A DNA stretch of 64,000 nucleotides from Chitinophaga pinensis (GCA_943372645.1 CALRZN010000011.1:20200-84199); one strand, 5' to 3'. Positions 26,727 to 37,520 are shown, counted from the stretch's first letter. Numbers and translations: made by a program. Notes: generated from the sequence alone by a model not told the origin.

Positions 26727-28510
26727 TGAAACAGCCTGCATTGCTCACCCTGTTTTTGCTGCTTGCCGGTTTTACCGCGCGGGCCGGTGATGAAACAACG
26801 TACACCGATTTTTACACAAACAACAAAATCACCTACGTTACCAAATACAAGGAACTGAAGAATAACCCGTTTAACCTGTTCGATGAGATCAGTGTAAACT
26901 ACCCGGTTATCAGCGGCTACCCGAAGGCGAACGACAAACTGTACTACTACTGTGTGCCGTACATGGAAACAGACAGTTTTAAATTGGAACTGCTGCAACG
27001 ATCGAAAATAGCGGCCGGCATTTTTCTTGCCAATCATGTGAACGATTACAGCCGGTACATGAACAACAACCACACAAACCTGCTGCCCACCATTACCGAT
27101 GTGGATTTCCGGCTGCTGTTCCTGTTCGACGGGGTGCTGGCCATAAACATTACGTACACCTACAGCCTCGGTGCTTCGGGCGAACAGCTTGACGAATCCT
27201 TTGTAATGGAAAAACAGTTGTTTATACGCCTCAGCGACGGGCAGGTAAACAAACCGGCTGATGTAATTGCACTGAACAAACGCAGCGCATTTAAAAGCGA
27301 TATTGAAAAACGAGTTATTGCTTTTGCATTGCAGCAACCCGCAACAATGCAGGGCGACGATGACAACGGCAATGATGGCGACGACGATAACGGATACTAT
27401 TCATCAGGCCAGCCTCCACGATCCGAAACGCCGCCCATTGAACTGAACGACCTCGTGCTTACCATCAGTCCGTATGGTGCCATCGTACACATCCCGGCAT
27501 ATTCGGTAAACAGCAGTGCCTGCTTCGGTCTCGCAGCAGACCTCACCTACACCACCGCCGAACTCAAAAGTTTCCTGGATGCGGTAAGCCCGCTGAAAAA
27601 TTACCTGAAATACAACAAAACGTTTTCCACCACGCTGCAGGGCGTTAACCTGTTCCGCGAGACGCATTATACCGGCTGGAGTGCGACCTACAACCCGCAG
27701 CATGACAATAACATTTTTGCCAAAGCCCCGGCAGGAGTAAAATCGGTAAGCCATTATATCCGATATAAAAACCAGTCCGACACCGCTGCCGAATTGCAGC
27801 GCATCCGCCTGTACGATAAAGCAGGCCGTCTTACCGAGGAACAATACTACAACAACGGTAACGGCAAAATGAGCGGCAACAAAACATTTGAATACAATAC
27901 CGACGGCCTGCTCGTAAAAATTACGGACAATGCCGACCGGAATGATAAAACAGCCTATCAGTGGTTCACATACGATGCTGCCACCAATCTTACCGAGTGG
28001 AAAGAAAAAGACAGCGATGGCATCATGGTAACACACCGGTATAAGTACGAAAACATGACCGTTACGGAAATCACCGAATCAAGCGAACCGGATGACGATG
28101 CTGAAAAAATCCGCGTTTACAGCCTCACCCCGGGTGGAAAGATAATCAGCTCGTGGAATTTTGGTGAAGTACAGCAATGGAAAAACCACTACGACGGCGA
28201 ACGTTTACTCGCCAGCGGCAGCATAAAACGGCCAACGCTGGACAATACGATTTACGGTTACAACACGGCCGGCAAACTGCTCACCATACAGCTTGACAAT
28301 GGCCGCCACCTCACCGAGTTCAGCTACAACACCAAAGGTGAACTTAAAGAAGTTACGCATATGGACAGCCGCCAGCTGAAAGGCCGCTGGGTGTATGAAT
28401 ACAACAGCAAAGGCCTGCGTTCCGCCTGCTCCATGAACAATGAAATGTATGGTTACGGCAGCGGCGGAAATTTTTACAGGTACCTGTTTGTTTATACGTT
28501 TTACGAATAG
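26723..28510 (+). CDS. Hypothetical secreted protein, translationally coupled to the MORN protein (ATGA overlap)
   Basis: 595 aa; signal peptide MMKQPALLTLFLLLAGFTARA. Acidic low-complexity linker QGDDDNGNDGDDDNGYY. No catalytic motif recognised. Confidence 0.45.
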   Translation: MMKQPALLTLFLLLAGFTARAGDETTYTDFYTNNKITYVTKYKELKNNPFNLFDEISVNYPVISGYPKANDKLYYYCVPYMETDSFKLELLQRSKIAAGIFLANHVNDYSRYMNNNHTNLLPTITDVDFRLLFLFDGVLAINITYTYSLGASGEQLDESFVMEKQLFIRLSDGQVNKPADVIALNKRSAFKSDIEKRVIAFALQQPATMQGDDDNGNDGDDDNGYYSSGQPPRSETPPIELNDLVLTISPYGAIVHIPAYSVNSSACFGLAADLTYTTAELKSFLDAVSPLKNYLKYNKTFSTTLQGVNLFRETHYTGWSATYNPQHDNNIFAKAPAGVKSVSHYIRYKNQSDTAAELQRIRLYDKAGRLTEEQYYNNGNGKMSGNKTFEYNTDGLLVKITDNADRNDKTAYQWFTYDAATNLTEWKEKDSDGIMVTHRYKYENMTVTEITESSEPDDDAEKIRVYSLTPGGKIISSWNFGEVQQWKNHYDGERLLASGSIKRPTLDNTIYGYNTAGKLLTIQLDNGRHLTEFSYNTKGELKEVTHMDSRQLKGRWVYEYNSKGLRSACSMNNEMYGYGSGGNFYRYLFVYTFYE

Positions 28511-28618
28511 CAGTTATGCCGGTTGTTTAATTGCAATGCATGGTCCGTGTTATCGAATTGACGTTGGTGCCTGGCTGATGCAGGCTGTATGCACGAATAA
28601 TTAAGCCTATATTTGGGT

Positions 28619-31141
28619 ATGCCTGCAAATCCGTACAACATATCCGGTCTGACCAATGAACAGGTCAATCTTGCGCGGGAACAATCAGGGCCAAACAAAC
28701 TGAATTTTAAAAATGAAAACGGGGTCTGGAATGCGGTAAAACGCCTGGCCACCGACCCGATGATACTTTTATTGCTCTCCGCTTCTTCCATTTATTTTAT
28801 AAGCGGTAAAACAGGCGACGGCATTTTTCTTGCTGCGGCAATTGTGTTCCAGGCATCCATTTCCGGCTATCAGTATTCAAGGAGCAAAAATGCACTTGAA
28901 AAACTGAATGCGTTTACACAGCCACGCTGCAAGGTGATACGGAACGGTGAAACCGAAGAAATAAAAAGCGAAGACCTTGTTCCAGGCGATTGTCTGATTG
29001 TTGAAGAAGGCACTGCAGTTCCGGCAGACGGAGAAATTATCCAATCAAACGATTTTGCTGTTAACGAATCAATACTTACGGGCGAATCGCTGCCGGTGTA
29101 TAAGGACAAAACAATAGCAGATAAATTTATTTACAGCGGCACAACCGTAGCCAGCGGGTCGGCCATTATAACAATAACAGCCACCGGCAATGCCACCAGG
29201 CTGGGTAAAATCGGGAAGAGCCTGGAAAACATCAGCGAAGAAAAAACACCGCTGGAAATACAGATTACAAACTTTGTAAAAAAAATGGCCATTGCAGGTG
29301 CTGCCGTGTTTGCAATTGTATGGGTGTTTAATTACTGGCATTCGCAAAACCTGCTGAACAGTTTATTGCAGTCGCTCACACTGGCCATGAGTATTCTGCC
29401 CGAAGAAATCCCGGTTGCATTTACTACGTTTATGGCATTGGGCGCATGGCGTTTAATGAAAACGGGCATCGTTGTTAAACAGATGAAAACTGTTGAAACC
29501 CTGGGCAGCGCAACCATTATCTGCACCGACAAAACAGGCACCCTGACGGAAAACAAAATGAGTCTTGCAAAATTGTTTTTGCTCGGATCAAATAAAATGG
29601 CGCTGCCGGGAGACGAACTCTCCGGCGATGAAAAGGAACTGATTACGCTGGCCATGTGGGCCAGTGAACCGATACCCTTCGATCCCATGGAAGTGGCGCT
29701 CCACCAGGCATACAGTAATGTTGCTGAAAATGACGAACGGCCCGGTTCCTCACTCATTTATGAATATCCGCTGAGCGGCAAACCGCCCATGATGACACAT
29801 GTTTTTGAAGACCGCAGCGGCAAAAAAATAATCGCTGCCAAAGGTGCTCCTGAAGCACTTATGGCGGTTTCAACTCTTTCGGCAGCTGAAAAACAGCAGA
29901 TACATCAAGCCATCGAAGTGATGGCCGGTGATGGGTTCAGGGTGCTGGGCGTGGGCGTTTCCGACTTTACCGGACAGGAGTTTCCGGAACAACAGCAGCA
30001 ACTTGCCTTCCGGTTTACAGGACTGGTTGCTTTTTACGATCCGCCAAAAAAGAACATTCAAACCGTACTGAACGATTTTTATTCCGCAGGCATTGCTGTA
30101 AAAATTATTACCGGCGATAATGCCGTAACTACCGCTGCAATTGCAAAACAGATTGGATTCAGGGGATACGAAAAAACAATAACCGGCGATGAACTGATGC
30201 GGTTAAACGAAACGGAGTTAAAAACCCGGGTTATGGAAACCGCCATTTTCACCCGCATGTTTCCAGAAGCAAAATTGAAAATAATCAATGCCTTAAAATC
30301 ATGTAACCAGGTTGTGGCCATGACGGGCGACGGCGTAAATGACGGGCCTGCCCTGAAAGCGGCGCATATCGGCATTGCAATGGGCAAAAAAGGAACAGAA
30401 ATAGCCAAACAGGCCGCATCACTCATTCTGCTGGATGATGATTTATCAAAAATGGTGTATGCCGTTGCTATGGGCCGGAAAATTTACACCAACCTGAAAA
30501 AAGCAATTCAGTATATCATATCCATCCACGTCCCGATAATCCTGACCGTATTTATTCCGCTGGTGCTCGGATGGATTTATCCGAATATATTTTCACCGGT
30601 TCACATCATTTTCCTCGAAATTATAATGGGGCCTACCTGCTCGGTGATTTATGAAAATGAACCGATCGAAAAAAATGCCATGACGATGAAACCCAAACCG
30701 TTAACAACAACGTTTTTCAACTGGCAGGAACTCGCGGTGAGCATTATCCAGGGCCTTGTAATTACGGCTGCAACCTTATTTATTTACCGGTATTCGGTTA
30801 GCCAGGGATATAACGAAGCGCTTACACGAACCATGACGTTTACCGTTTTAATCGCCGCAAACATCTTCCTCACACTCATCAACCGTTCCTTCTATTATTC
30901 CATACTCACAACGCTGAAGTATAAAAACAAAATGATTTTATTTATCATTTTTGCGACCATAGGCATTACCGCTCTGCTTTTGTATGTACCACCCCTGTCC
31001 GCCTTTTTTGAGTTTGAACGGTTAAATGGTGTGCAACTGTTAACCTGCATTGCTGTCGGTTTTATCGCTGTAACCTGGTTCGAAATTGTAAAGCTGATCA
31101 AACGGCATAAAACAAAACAGGTAAACAGCAGCGCCCCCTGA
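28619..31141 (+). CDS. Cation-transporting P-type ATPase (P2/P3-type, Ca2+/Mg2+-like)
   Basis: ICTDKTGTLTEN phosphorylation motif, TGDGVNDGPALKAAHIGIAMG hinge motif, about 10 TM helices. The ATG at 28619 is preferred over the upstream TTG. Confidence 0.85.
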   Translation: MPANPYNISGLTNEQVNLAREQSGPNKLNFKNENGVWNAVKRLATDPMILLLLSASSIYFISGKTGDGIFLAAAIVFQASISGYQYSRSKNALEKLNAFTQPRCKVIRNGETEEIKSEDLVPGDCLIVEEGTAVPADGEIIQSNDFAVNESILTGESLPVYKDKTIADKFIYSGTTVASGSAIITITATGNATRLGKIGKSLENISEEKTPLEIQITNFVKKMAIAGAAVFAIVWVFNYWHSQNLLNSLLQSLTLAMSILPEEIPVAFTTFMALGAWRLMKTGIVVKQMKTVETLGSATIICTDKTGTLTENKMSLAKLFLLGSNKMALPGDELSGDEKELITLAMWASEPIPFDPMEVALHQAYSNVAENDERPGSSLIYEYPLSGKPPMMTHVFEDRSGKKIIAAKGAPEALMAVSTLSAAEKQQIHQAIEVMAGDGFRVLGVGVSDFTGQEFPEQQQQLAFRFTGLVAFYDPPKKNIQTVLNDFYSAGIAVKIITGDNAVTTAAIAKQIGFRGYEKTITGDELMRLNETELKTRVMETAIFTRMFPEAKLKIINALKSCNQVVAMTGDGVNDGPALKAAHIGIAMGKKGTEIAKQAASLILLDDDLSKMVYAVAMGRKIYTNLKKAIQYIISIHVPIILTVFIPLVLGWIYPNIFSPVHIIFLEIIMGPTCSVIYENEPIEKNAMTMKPKPLTTTFFNWQELAVSIIQGLVITAATLFIYRYSVSQGYNEALTRTMTFTVLIAANIFLTLINRSFYYSILTTLKYKNKMILFIIFATIGITALLLYVPPLSAFFEFERLNGVQLLTCIAVGFIAVTWFEIVKLIKRHKTKQVNSSAP

Positions 31142-31430
31142 AAAAAACAGTTTACCGGTCGCAACAACTAAAAAGGACTTTAAAAGTACCCCGCTCATAT
31201 AATTCCGGTTATCCGCATGAGCCTTATCATAGCGAAGCGGTATAATTATCCGGTACTTTATATCGTTCACCGGGGGCTATCCGCAGCGTATGCGGTTGTT
31301 TATGTTTGCATGATCCACCGGCTTGTACTGCCGTTGTCATGTTGTTTCAGGAAATAAACCGGGATTACGCATTCGATTTCGTAGTGAGCGTGCAACGCAT
31401 AAAACATTCCTGCATTTTCAAAAAAAGCCA

Positions 31431-33848
31431 ATGAAACGAATCAAACATTTTTCAGCAATTTCCATCGATGACATATCCAGCGTAGGCGGTAAAAATGCGT
31501 CGCTTGGTGAAATGTATCGTTCGCTTAAGGGAAAAGGAATAAACGTGCCCGAAGGGTTTGCTGTTACTGCCGAAGGCTATAAACAGTTCCTGGAAGCGAA
31601 TAACCTCGTACCTGTGCTGCAGGAGTTGCTTGCATCACTCGATGTAATAAACTGGAGCAACCTTGCTGCAGTTGCACTGCAGATCCGGGAACAGTTCATG
31701 CAGGCCATTTTTCCGGAATCATTAAAAAATGAAATTATAGCCGCGTATCAGTTACTGGCAGCAAACGCCGGCAGCGGACAATCGTTCGCTGTACGCAGCA
31801 GTGCCACCGCCGAAGATTTGCCGGGAGCAAGTTTTGCAGGGCAGCAGGAAACCTATCTCCACGTAAAAGGCGAAGTGAATTTAATACGCGCCTGCCAGCG
31901 CTGCTATGCCTCGCTGTTCACTGACAGGGCCATCAAATACCGGGCTGATAACGGATTCGATCACCTGAAAGTAGCACTCTCCATTGGCGTACAAACAATG
32001 ATCCGGTCAGACCTCGCCTGCTCCGGCGTTTTATTTACCATTGATCCGGACTCCGGTTTCGACCAGGTTGTGTTAATTTCCGGTGCGTGGGGGCTGGGGG
32101 AAAATGTGGTGCAGGGAACGGTTAATACCGACGAGTTTTTGGTATTCAAACCCTTCCTGGGCAAGGTGAAAAATCCCGTCATCGCGCACAAACTGGGCAG
32201 CAAAAACAAAACAATGGTCTACTCCGACCGCAGCACTGCCGAAATCGTAAAACCCGAAGATGCAGTTATAAACACCGATACTTCCGAAGACAAGAGCAAT
32301 ACCTTTGTGTTAAGTGATGAAGAACTGGTACAACTTGCCGGCTGGGCATGTATCATTGAAGCACATTATAAACGCCCCATGGACATTGAATGGGCCAAAG
32401 ACGGACTTACGGGCAAACTGTACATTGTGCAGGCTCGGCCCGAAACGGTTCACAGCAATAAAAAACAAACCGCCTATAAACAATACACCTTACTCGAAAA
32501 AGGAGAACTGCTGTGCGCCGGTGCCGGCCTTGGTAAAAAAATAGTTTCGGGGAAAGCACGCATTATAAACTCCCCGGCTGAAATAGCAAAATTAAATGCC
32601 GGCGAAATACTGGTTACCGAACGAACCGATCCCGACTGGGATCCGGTATTGAAAAAAGCCGCAGCTATAATTACCGACCAGGGCGGCCGCACCTCACATG
32701 CCGCCATTGTTGCCCGCGAAGTAGGCGCAATAGCTGTTGTAGGCACCGGTAACGGAACAAAAAACATAAAAGATGGACAGGTCATTACCGTTTCTACCGT
32801 AAAAGGCAATACCGGTTCGGTGTATAACGGGGCGTTAAAATGGAAAGAAGAAGAAGTCATTCTTACCGATGTGCCTAAAACACAAACGAAGGTGATGCTC
32901 ATTCTTGCCCATCCCGACGAAGCATTTGGTTATTCGCTTTTGCCATGTGACGGCGTTGGGTTGCTTCGCATCGAATTTATTATCAGCAATACCATCGGAA
33001 TTCACCCCATGGCGTTAATCCATTTTGATACCATAAACGATCCGGCGGTAAAAGCCCGCATTGAAAAGGCGACACGGCTTTTCAGCAGCAGGGAAGACTT
33101 TTTTATTCATAAACTGGCAGAAGCAACGGCCAAAATTGCGGCGGCATTTTATCCCCGGGAGGTAATTGTACGCATGAGCGATTTCAAATCAAACGAATAT
33201 GCAAACCTGCTTGGGGGAAAACAGTTTGAACCCGCCGAAGAAAACCCGATGATCGGTTTCAGGGGCGCTTCGCGGTATTATCACCCGCTGTACAAAGCGG
33301 CGTTTGAAATGGAATGCAAAGCCATGAAAAAAGTGCGCGATGAAATGGGATTTACCAATGTAAAACTCATGATCCCGTTCTGCAGAACCACCGCCGAAGC
33401 CGAACAGGTAATTGAAGTGATGCGGGGGTGCGGACTGAACCGGAAAGAAAACGGACTGGAACTGAATGTGATGATCGAAATACCAAGCAATGCATTGCTT
33501 GCCGAAGAATTTGCAAAACACTTTGACGGATTCTCGGTCGGGTCAAACGACCTTACGCAGCTTACGCTGGGAGCCGACAGGGACTCGGAACTGCTGAGCG
33601 AAATATTCAGCCCGTTCGATCCGGCGGTAATGCAGCTCATCGAAATGACGTTAAACAAATCAAAAAAAACAGGCACGCATACCGGCCTCTGTGGCCAGGC
33701 TCCGAGCGATTACCCGGAATACGCAAAATTTCTTGTGAAAAACGGGATTGACAGTATCTCCTTCAACCCCGATGCACTTATTAAAGGCATTGAAAACATT
33801 GCTGAAGCCGAAAAAATATACACCGTTAAAAACAAAAAAAATGCATAA
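31431..33848 (+). CDS. ppsA: Phosphoenolpyruvate synthase (pyruvate, water dikinase)
   Basis: MKRIKHFSAISIDDISSVGGKNASLGEM..., AVRSSATAEDLPGASFAGQQETYLHV, TDQGGRTSHAAIVAREVGAIAVVGTG (phospho-His), C-terminal TIM-barrel with ...NDLTQLTLG. About 805 aa from ATG 31431. Confidence 0.9.
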   Translation: MKRIKHFSAISIDDISSVGGKNASLGEMYRSLKGKGINVPEGFAVTAEGYKQFLEANNLVPVLQELLASLDVINWSNLAAVALQIREQFMQAIFPESLKNEIIAAYQLLAANAGSGQSFAVRSSATAEDLPGASFAGQQETYLHVKGEVNLIRACQRCYASLFTDRAIKYRADNGFDHLKVALSIGVQTMIRSDLACSGVLFTIDPDSGFDQVVLISGAWGLGENVVQGTVNTDEFLVFKPFLGKVKNPVIAHKLGSKNKTMVYSDRSTAEIVKPEDAVINTDTSEDKSNTFVLSDEELVQLAGWACIIEAHYKRPMDIEWAKDGLTGKLYIVQARPETVHSNKKQTAYKQYTLLEKGELLCAGAGLGKKIVSGKARIINSPAEIAKLNAGEILVTERTDPDWDPVLKKAAAIITDQGGRTSHAAIVAREVGAIAVVGTGNGTKNIKDGQVITVSTVKGNTGSVYNGALKWKEEEVILTDVPKTQTKVMLILAHPDEAFGYSLLPCDGVGLLRIEFIISNTIGIHPMALIHFDTINDPAVKARIEKATRLFSSREDFFIHKLAEATAKIAAAFYPREVIVRMSDFKSNEYANLLGGKQFEPAEENPMIGFRGASRYYHPLYKAAFEMECKAMKKVRDEMGFTNVKLMIPFCRTTAEAEQVIEVMRGCGLNRKENGLELNVMIEIPSNALLAEEFAKHFDGFSVGSNDLTQLTLGADRDSELLSEIFSPFDPAVMQLIEMTLNKSKKTGTHTGLCGQAPSDYPEYAKFLVKNGIDSISFNPDALIKGIENIAEAEKIYTVKNKKNA

Positions 33849-34650
33849 AACCATCGAAAAATTATTTGACCTGTCGGGCAAAGTAGCCATCGTTACCGGC
33901 GGCGCCATGGGTATCGGAAAAGGGATTGCCCTGCGGCTGAGCGAAGCCGGTGCAGCCATTTTGATCGTTGATCTTGTTGCACCCCAGGAAGCGGAAACGG
34001 TACTGGAAGAAATTCGAAATCGCGGAGGCCGTGCCGCATACCTCCAGGCCGACCTGCGGGAATTCAGTAACCTCGAAAAGATTATCGCACATACCGAAAC
34101 CGTTTTTGGCGATCTCCATATCCTGGTGAATAATGCCGGTATTTTCACCTATTGCCCCGTTACAGAATTAACCGAAGAATTATGGGACAACACCCTCGCT
34201 GTTAATTTAAAGGCCGTTGCATTTCTTTCGAAGGCAGCCGTCAATAAAATGATCGAAAAAAAACACGGCGGAAAAATCATTAACGTTTCATCGGTTGACA
34301 GCATTAAACCTTCCGGCAATTTATCCCAATACGATTCATCCAAAGGCGGTGTGCGTATGCTTACACGGGCTTTTGCAAAAGAAGCAGGCAAACACGGCAT
34401 CAATGTAAATGACATCGCTCCCGGTGGCGTAAACACACCCGGTGCTGCTAAAATAGCAGGAACAGCACTGTCTGCCGACCAGCTGCAAGCCATGAAAGCA
34501 CAATCCGAACAGTTTATCAAAATGCTGCCGCTGCAGCGCATGGGTGAACCCGATGACATCGGTAATGCAGCTTTATTCCTCGCCAGCGATGCCTCCGATT
34601 ATATGACCGGCAGCACACTGGTGGTTGACGGCGGCCTGCTAATCATGTAA
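33841..34650 (+). CDS. Short-chain dehydrogenase/reductase (classical SDR)
   Basis: LSGKVAIVTGGAMGIGKGIA (TGxxxGIG), NNAG, S...YxxSK catalytic region. 269 aa. Overlaps the ppsA stop (ATGCATAA). Confidence 0.85.
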   Translation: MHKTIEKLFDLSGKVAIVTGGAMGIGKGIALRLSEAGAAILIVDLVAPQEAETVLEEIRNRGGRAAYLQADLREFSNLEKIIAHTETVFGDLHILVNNAGIFTYCPVTELTEELWDNTLAVNLKAVAFLSKAAVNKMIEKKHGGKIINVSSVDSIKPSGNLSQYDSSKGGVRMLTRAFAKEAGKHGINVNDIAPGGVNTPGAAKIAGTALSADQLQAMKAQSEQFIKMLPLQRMGEPDDIGNAALFLASDASDYMTGSTLVVDGGLLIM

Positions 34651-34694
34651 ATGCAGCAGTATCCTAAAATGCTTCGCGTGCCAATACCCGTGCG

Positions 34695-34745
34695 ACCGGC
34701 GGGACGATAACAAATGCCAACCGCCGGTTCAACAGCGTTTTTTTT
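34695..34745 (+). terminator. Possible terminator for the SDR gene
   Basis: accggcgg/ccgccggt 8-bp stem with a 19-nt loop, then tcaacagcg-tttttttt. The gap between stem and T-run is looser than canonical. Confidence 0.35.
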
Positions 34746-34761
34746 AAGTGTTTTAATAATA

Positions 34762-34797
34762 CAAAAAAAGTTTAGTGAAACCAGTTTCACTAAACTT
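34762..34797 (-). terminator. Rho-independent terminator for mntH (minus strand)
   Basis: Perfect 13-bp inverted repeat aagtttagtgaaa-ccag-tttcactaaactt, with an A7 run on the plus strand (T-run on minus) immediately adjacent. Lies 67 nt downstream of the mntH stop. Confidence 0.7.
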
Positions 34798-34864
34798 TCT
34801 TGTATCTCAATATTTACGAAGCTTTCGGCCGTTTTTACCAACTATTTTTCAGTAATATGCGGTA

Positions 34865-36754
34865 TTACTTCACAATCAAAACCGGCACATGCACCCGGTG
34901 GCGCACCTTCTCCACCGTTGTTCCGAAAATAATATCCTTGAACATGCGGTGGCCGTGTGCGCCGACGACGAGCAGCGAAGCGTTGCTGCGGTTCACGATT
35001 TCCGGAATGCTGTCTTTCGGACTGCCGAAGCCGAGTTCCGTTTCTACGGTGTAGCCTTTTTCACGCAGTGTTTCCGCATAAATGGCTAACTGTTCGCGGT
35101 CGAATTCGGTTTCGTAATCGTCGGTTTCATTTCCGGAAACCCGTGCACCCACTGTTTCCACGATATGGATGAGCAGGTACGTAGCATTGGTGTTGCCCTG
35201 CTGTATGGCCGTGCTGATGGCCTGCCGGTCTTTTTCGGAAAAGTCAACACACACCGCAATTTTGGCGTAATGTTTCACGGTATCAATTTCCAGTTTGGCC
35301 GGAATGGCATGCGGTTCGCCGTGCTGCAGTTTTTTACGCGCAAAGAAAAACGGCTGCACGATGATGTAGAGGAGCAAAATAAATGCGCCCACGGTAAGCG
35401 GTACCGCTGTGAAATAATAAATCGTCGGGTTACTGCTTTCCGCGATCCAGCCGAGCAGTGTATCGAATATGAGTTTGATATTGAGCGCCACAATTAACCC
35501 CGCACTGATCCACGCCAGTGTTTTTACTTTCCAGCCGATCACCAGTTCGCCCATCATTTTGCGGCTGCTTACAAAATGAATCAGCGGAATAACTGCAAAG
35601 CCGAGTTGTAAACTCAAAATCACCTGGCTGAAAATAAGCAGGTCGTTCATTTTCGATTCACCGGCAATGAGCAGTACCAGCACCGCGGGAATAATGGCCA
35701 CAAGCCGCGTAATCAAACGCCGCAGCCACGGCTGTATGCGCAGGTTGAGATAACCTTCCATTACAATCTGCCCCGAAAGTGTGCCGGTGAGTGTAGAACT
35801 TTGTCCCGCCGCAATCAGTGCCACGGCGAAAAGAATCGGCGCCAGTGTACTGCCCAGTTCGCGCCCGAGCAGGCGGTGCGCTTCCTGGATGTCGTCCACC
35901 TTACCGATGTTGTGATCGTAAAACGCCGCCGCCGCAAGAATAAGAATGGCGGCATTTACAAACAACGCGAGGTTGAGCGCAATAGCCGAATCAATAAAAT
36001 TGTATTTGATGGCCTGTTTCAGTCCGGGCAGCGTGCGTTCCACCTTGCGTGTTTGCACCAGCGACGAGTGCAGGTAGAGGTTATGCGGCATTACCGTTGC
36101 ACCGATGATGCCGATGGCAATGTAAAGCGATTCACTGCCTTCGCCGGGAAGCGAGGGTTTGAGGCCGGAAATTACATCACCCATTGCGGGCTGCGATAAA
36201 ATCATTTCGGCAAGAAATGCCATACCGATAATGCCGATGATACCGATAATGAAGGCTTCCATTTTGCGGATGCCATAGCGTTGCAGGATGAGGATGAGAA
36301 ACGTATCGAGTACGGTAATGATTACACCCACGAGCAGCGGCAAACCAAAAAGCAGTTTTAAACCAATGGCCATACCGATGACTTCGGCGAGGTCGGTGGC
36401 GGCGATGGCGATTTCTGCAAAAAACCAGAGCACCATGTTTACGCTGCGCGGATACCAGCTTTTGGATGCCTGCGCCAGGTCGAGTCCCGCAACGAGACCG
36501 AGGCGCGCGCTGAGGCTTTGCAGCAGCAACGCCATGAGGTTCGACATTACAAGCACCCAGATGAGCGCGTACCCGAATTTGCTGCCGCCCGCAATGTCGG
36601 TGGCCCAGTTGCCCGGATCCATATAACCAACGCTTACGAGGTATGCAGGACCAAGAAAGGCAAAAAGTTTTTTCCAGCCTTTGCCCGCAATTTTGGTGGT
36701 ATCAACGCTTCCATGCACTTCGCCGAGAGAACGGCGGCCGGTTTGCTGTTTCAT
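34865..36754 (-). CDS. mntH: NRAMP-family Mn2+/Fe2+ transporter fused to a C-terminal universal stress protein (UspA) domain
   Basis: GPAYLVSVGYMDPGNWATDIAGG (NRAMP consensus), 11-12 TM helices. C-terminal ~140 aa VKHYAKIAVCVDFSE...LLVVGAHGHRMFKDIIFGTTVEKVRHRVHVPVLIVK is Usp-like. Confidence 0.85.
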   Translation of the reverse strand: MKQQTGRRSLGEVHGSVDTTKIAGKGWKKLFAFLGPAYLVSVGYMDPGNWATDIAGGSKFGYALIWVLVMSNLMALLLQSLSARLGLVAGLDLAQASKSWYPRSVNMVLWFFAEIAIAATDLAEVIGMAIGLKLLFGLPLLVGVIITVLDTFLILILQRYGIRKMEAFIIGIIGIIGMAFLAEMILSQPAMGDVISGLKPSLPGEGSESLYIAIGIIGATVMPHNLYLHSSLVQTRKVERTLPGLKQAIKYNFIDSAIALNLALFVNAAILILAAAAFYDHNIGKVDDIQEAHRLLGRELGSTLAPILFAVALIAAGQSSTLTGTLSGQIVMEGYLNLRIQPWLRRLITRLVAIIPAVLVLLIAGESKMNDLLIFSQVILSLQLGFAVIPLIHFVSSRKMMGELVIGWKVKTLAWISAGLIVALNIKLIFDTLLGWIAESSNPTIYYFTAVPLTVGAFILLLYIIVQPFFFARKKLQHGEPHAIPAKLEIDTVKHYAKIAVCVDFSEKDRQAISTAIQQGNTNATYLLIHIVETVGARVSGNETDDYETEFDREQLAIYAETLREKGYTVETELGFGSPKDSIPEIVNRSNASLLVVGAHGHRMFKDIIFGTTVEKVRHRVHVPVLIVK

Positions 36755-36759
36755 GTTCG

Positions 36760-37458
36760 TTATTTTTTACGGAGCAGGATGTTTTTCGCTACGTCGTGAC
36801 TGATGTAAATGGATTTTTTTTTGTTCACCAGCAGGTGCATGGACGAATCGTATTCCAGCACCTCCCGCACTTTCAGCTCCGCGCCCAGCCCGATGCCCGA
36901 TTTATCGAGGTAGCGCAGAAACGCCGGGGCATGATCGGCCACACCGGTCATAATGCCCGACTGGTTTTTCTTCAGGCTGCTGAGCAGCTGCGTATCCGTT
37001 GCCGGAAACTTGCCCTGCCGGTCGGGAATCGGGTCGCCGTGCGGATCTACACGCGGGTTGTCGAGAAAATCATCGAGGCGTTCAATCAGCATGTCGGACT
37101 GGATGTGTTCCAGCTGCTCGGCCATGTCATGTACTTCGTCCCAGCGGAAATCGAGCTTTTTTACCAGAAACACTTCCCAAAGCCGGTGTTTGCGGATGAT
37201 GTGTACGGCTACCTTGCGCCCGCTGTCGGTAAGCGTTACGCCCTGGTATTTGCGGTAATGAATCAGTTTTTTCTCCGCCAGTTTTTTCAGCATATCCGTA
37301 ACCGAAGCCGCTTTCGTCTGCATTTTCGCAGCAATGGCGTTGGTGGTTACTTCCTCCGCGTGTACAGGGGCGGCACTGCCGGAAGCCTCGTTCTGCGCCT
37401 GTTCCAGCAATTTGTAGATCGCTTTCAGGTAGTTTTCTTCGGTATAAGAATGTGTCAT
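36760..37458 (-). CDS. mntR: DtxR/MntR-family metal-dependent transcriptional repressor with C-terminal FeoA/SH3-like domain
   Basis: NYLKAIYKL...HTH, metal-binding region, ...HLLVNKKKSIYISHDVA (FeoA-like). Directly upstream of, and co-oriented with, mntH. Confidence 0.8.
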   Translation of the reverse strand: MTHSYTEENYLKAIYKLLEQAQNEASGSAAPVHAEEVTTNAIAAKMQTKAASVTDMLKKLAEKKLIHYRKYQGVTLTDSGRKVAVHIIRKHRLWEVFLVKKLDFRWDEVHDMAEQLEHIQSDMLIERLDDFLDNPRVDPHGDPIPDRQGKFPATDTQLLSSLKKNQSGIMTGVADHAPAFLRYLDKSGIGLGAELKVREVLEYDSSMHLLVNKKKSIYISHDVAKNILLRKK

Positions 37459-37502
37459 GACAATGCAAAGCTAAATCAACTTTACGATTCCTACAAAATT
37501 AT

Positions 37503-37520
37503 TTTTAGACTTGTCTAAAT
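37503..37520. promoter_or_regulatory. Candidate MntR operator: palindrome TTAGAC-TT-GTCTAA about 50 bp upstream of mntR
   Basis: tttttagacttgtctaaatttt seen at 37503-37524. DtxR-family operators are AT-rich palindromes overlapping the promoter. Confidence 0.35.
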
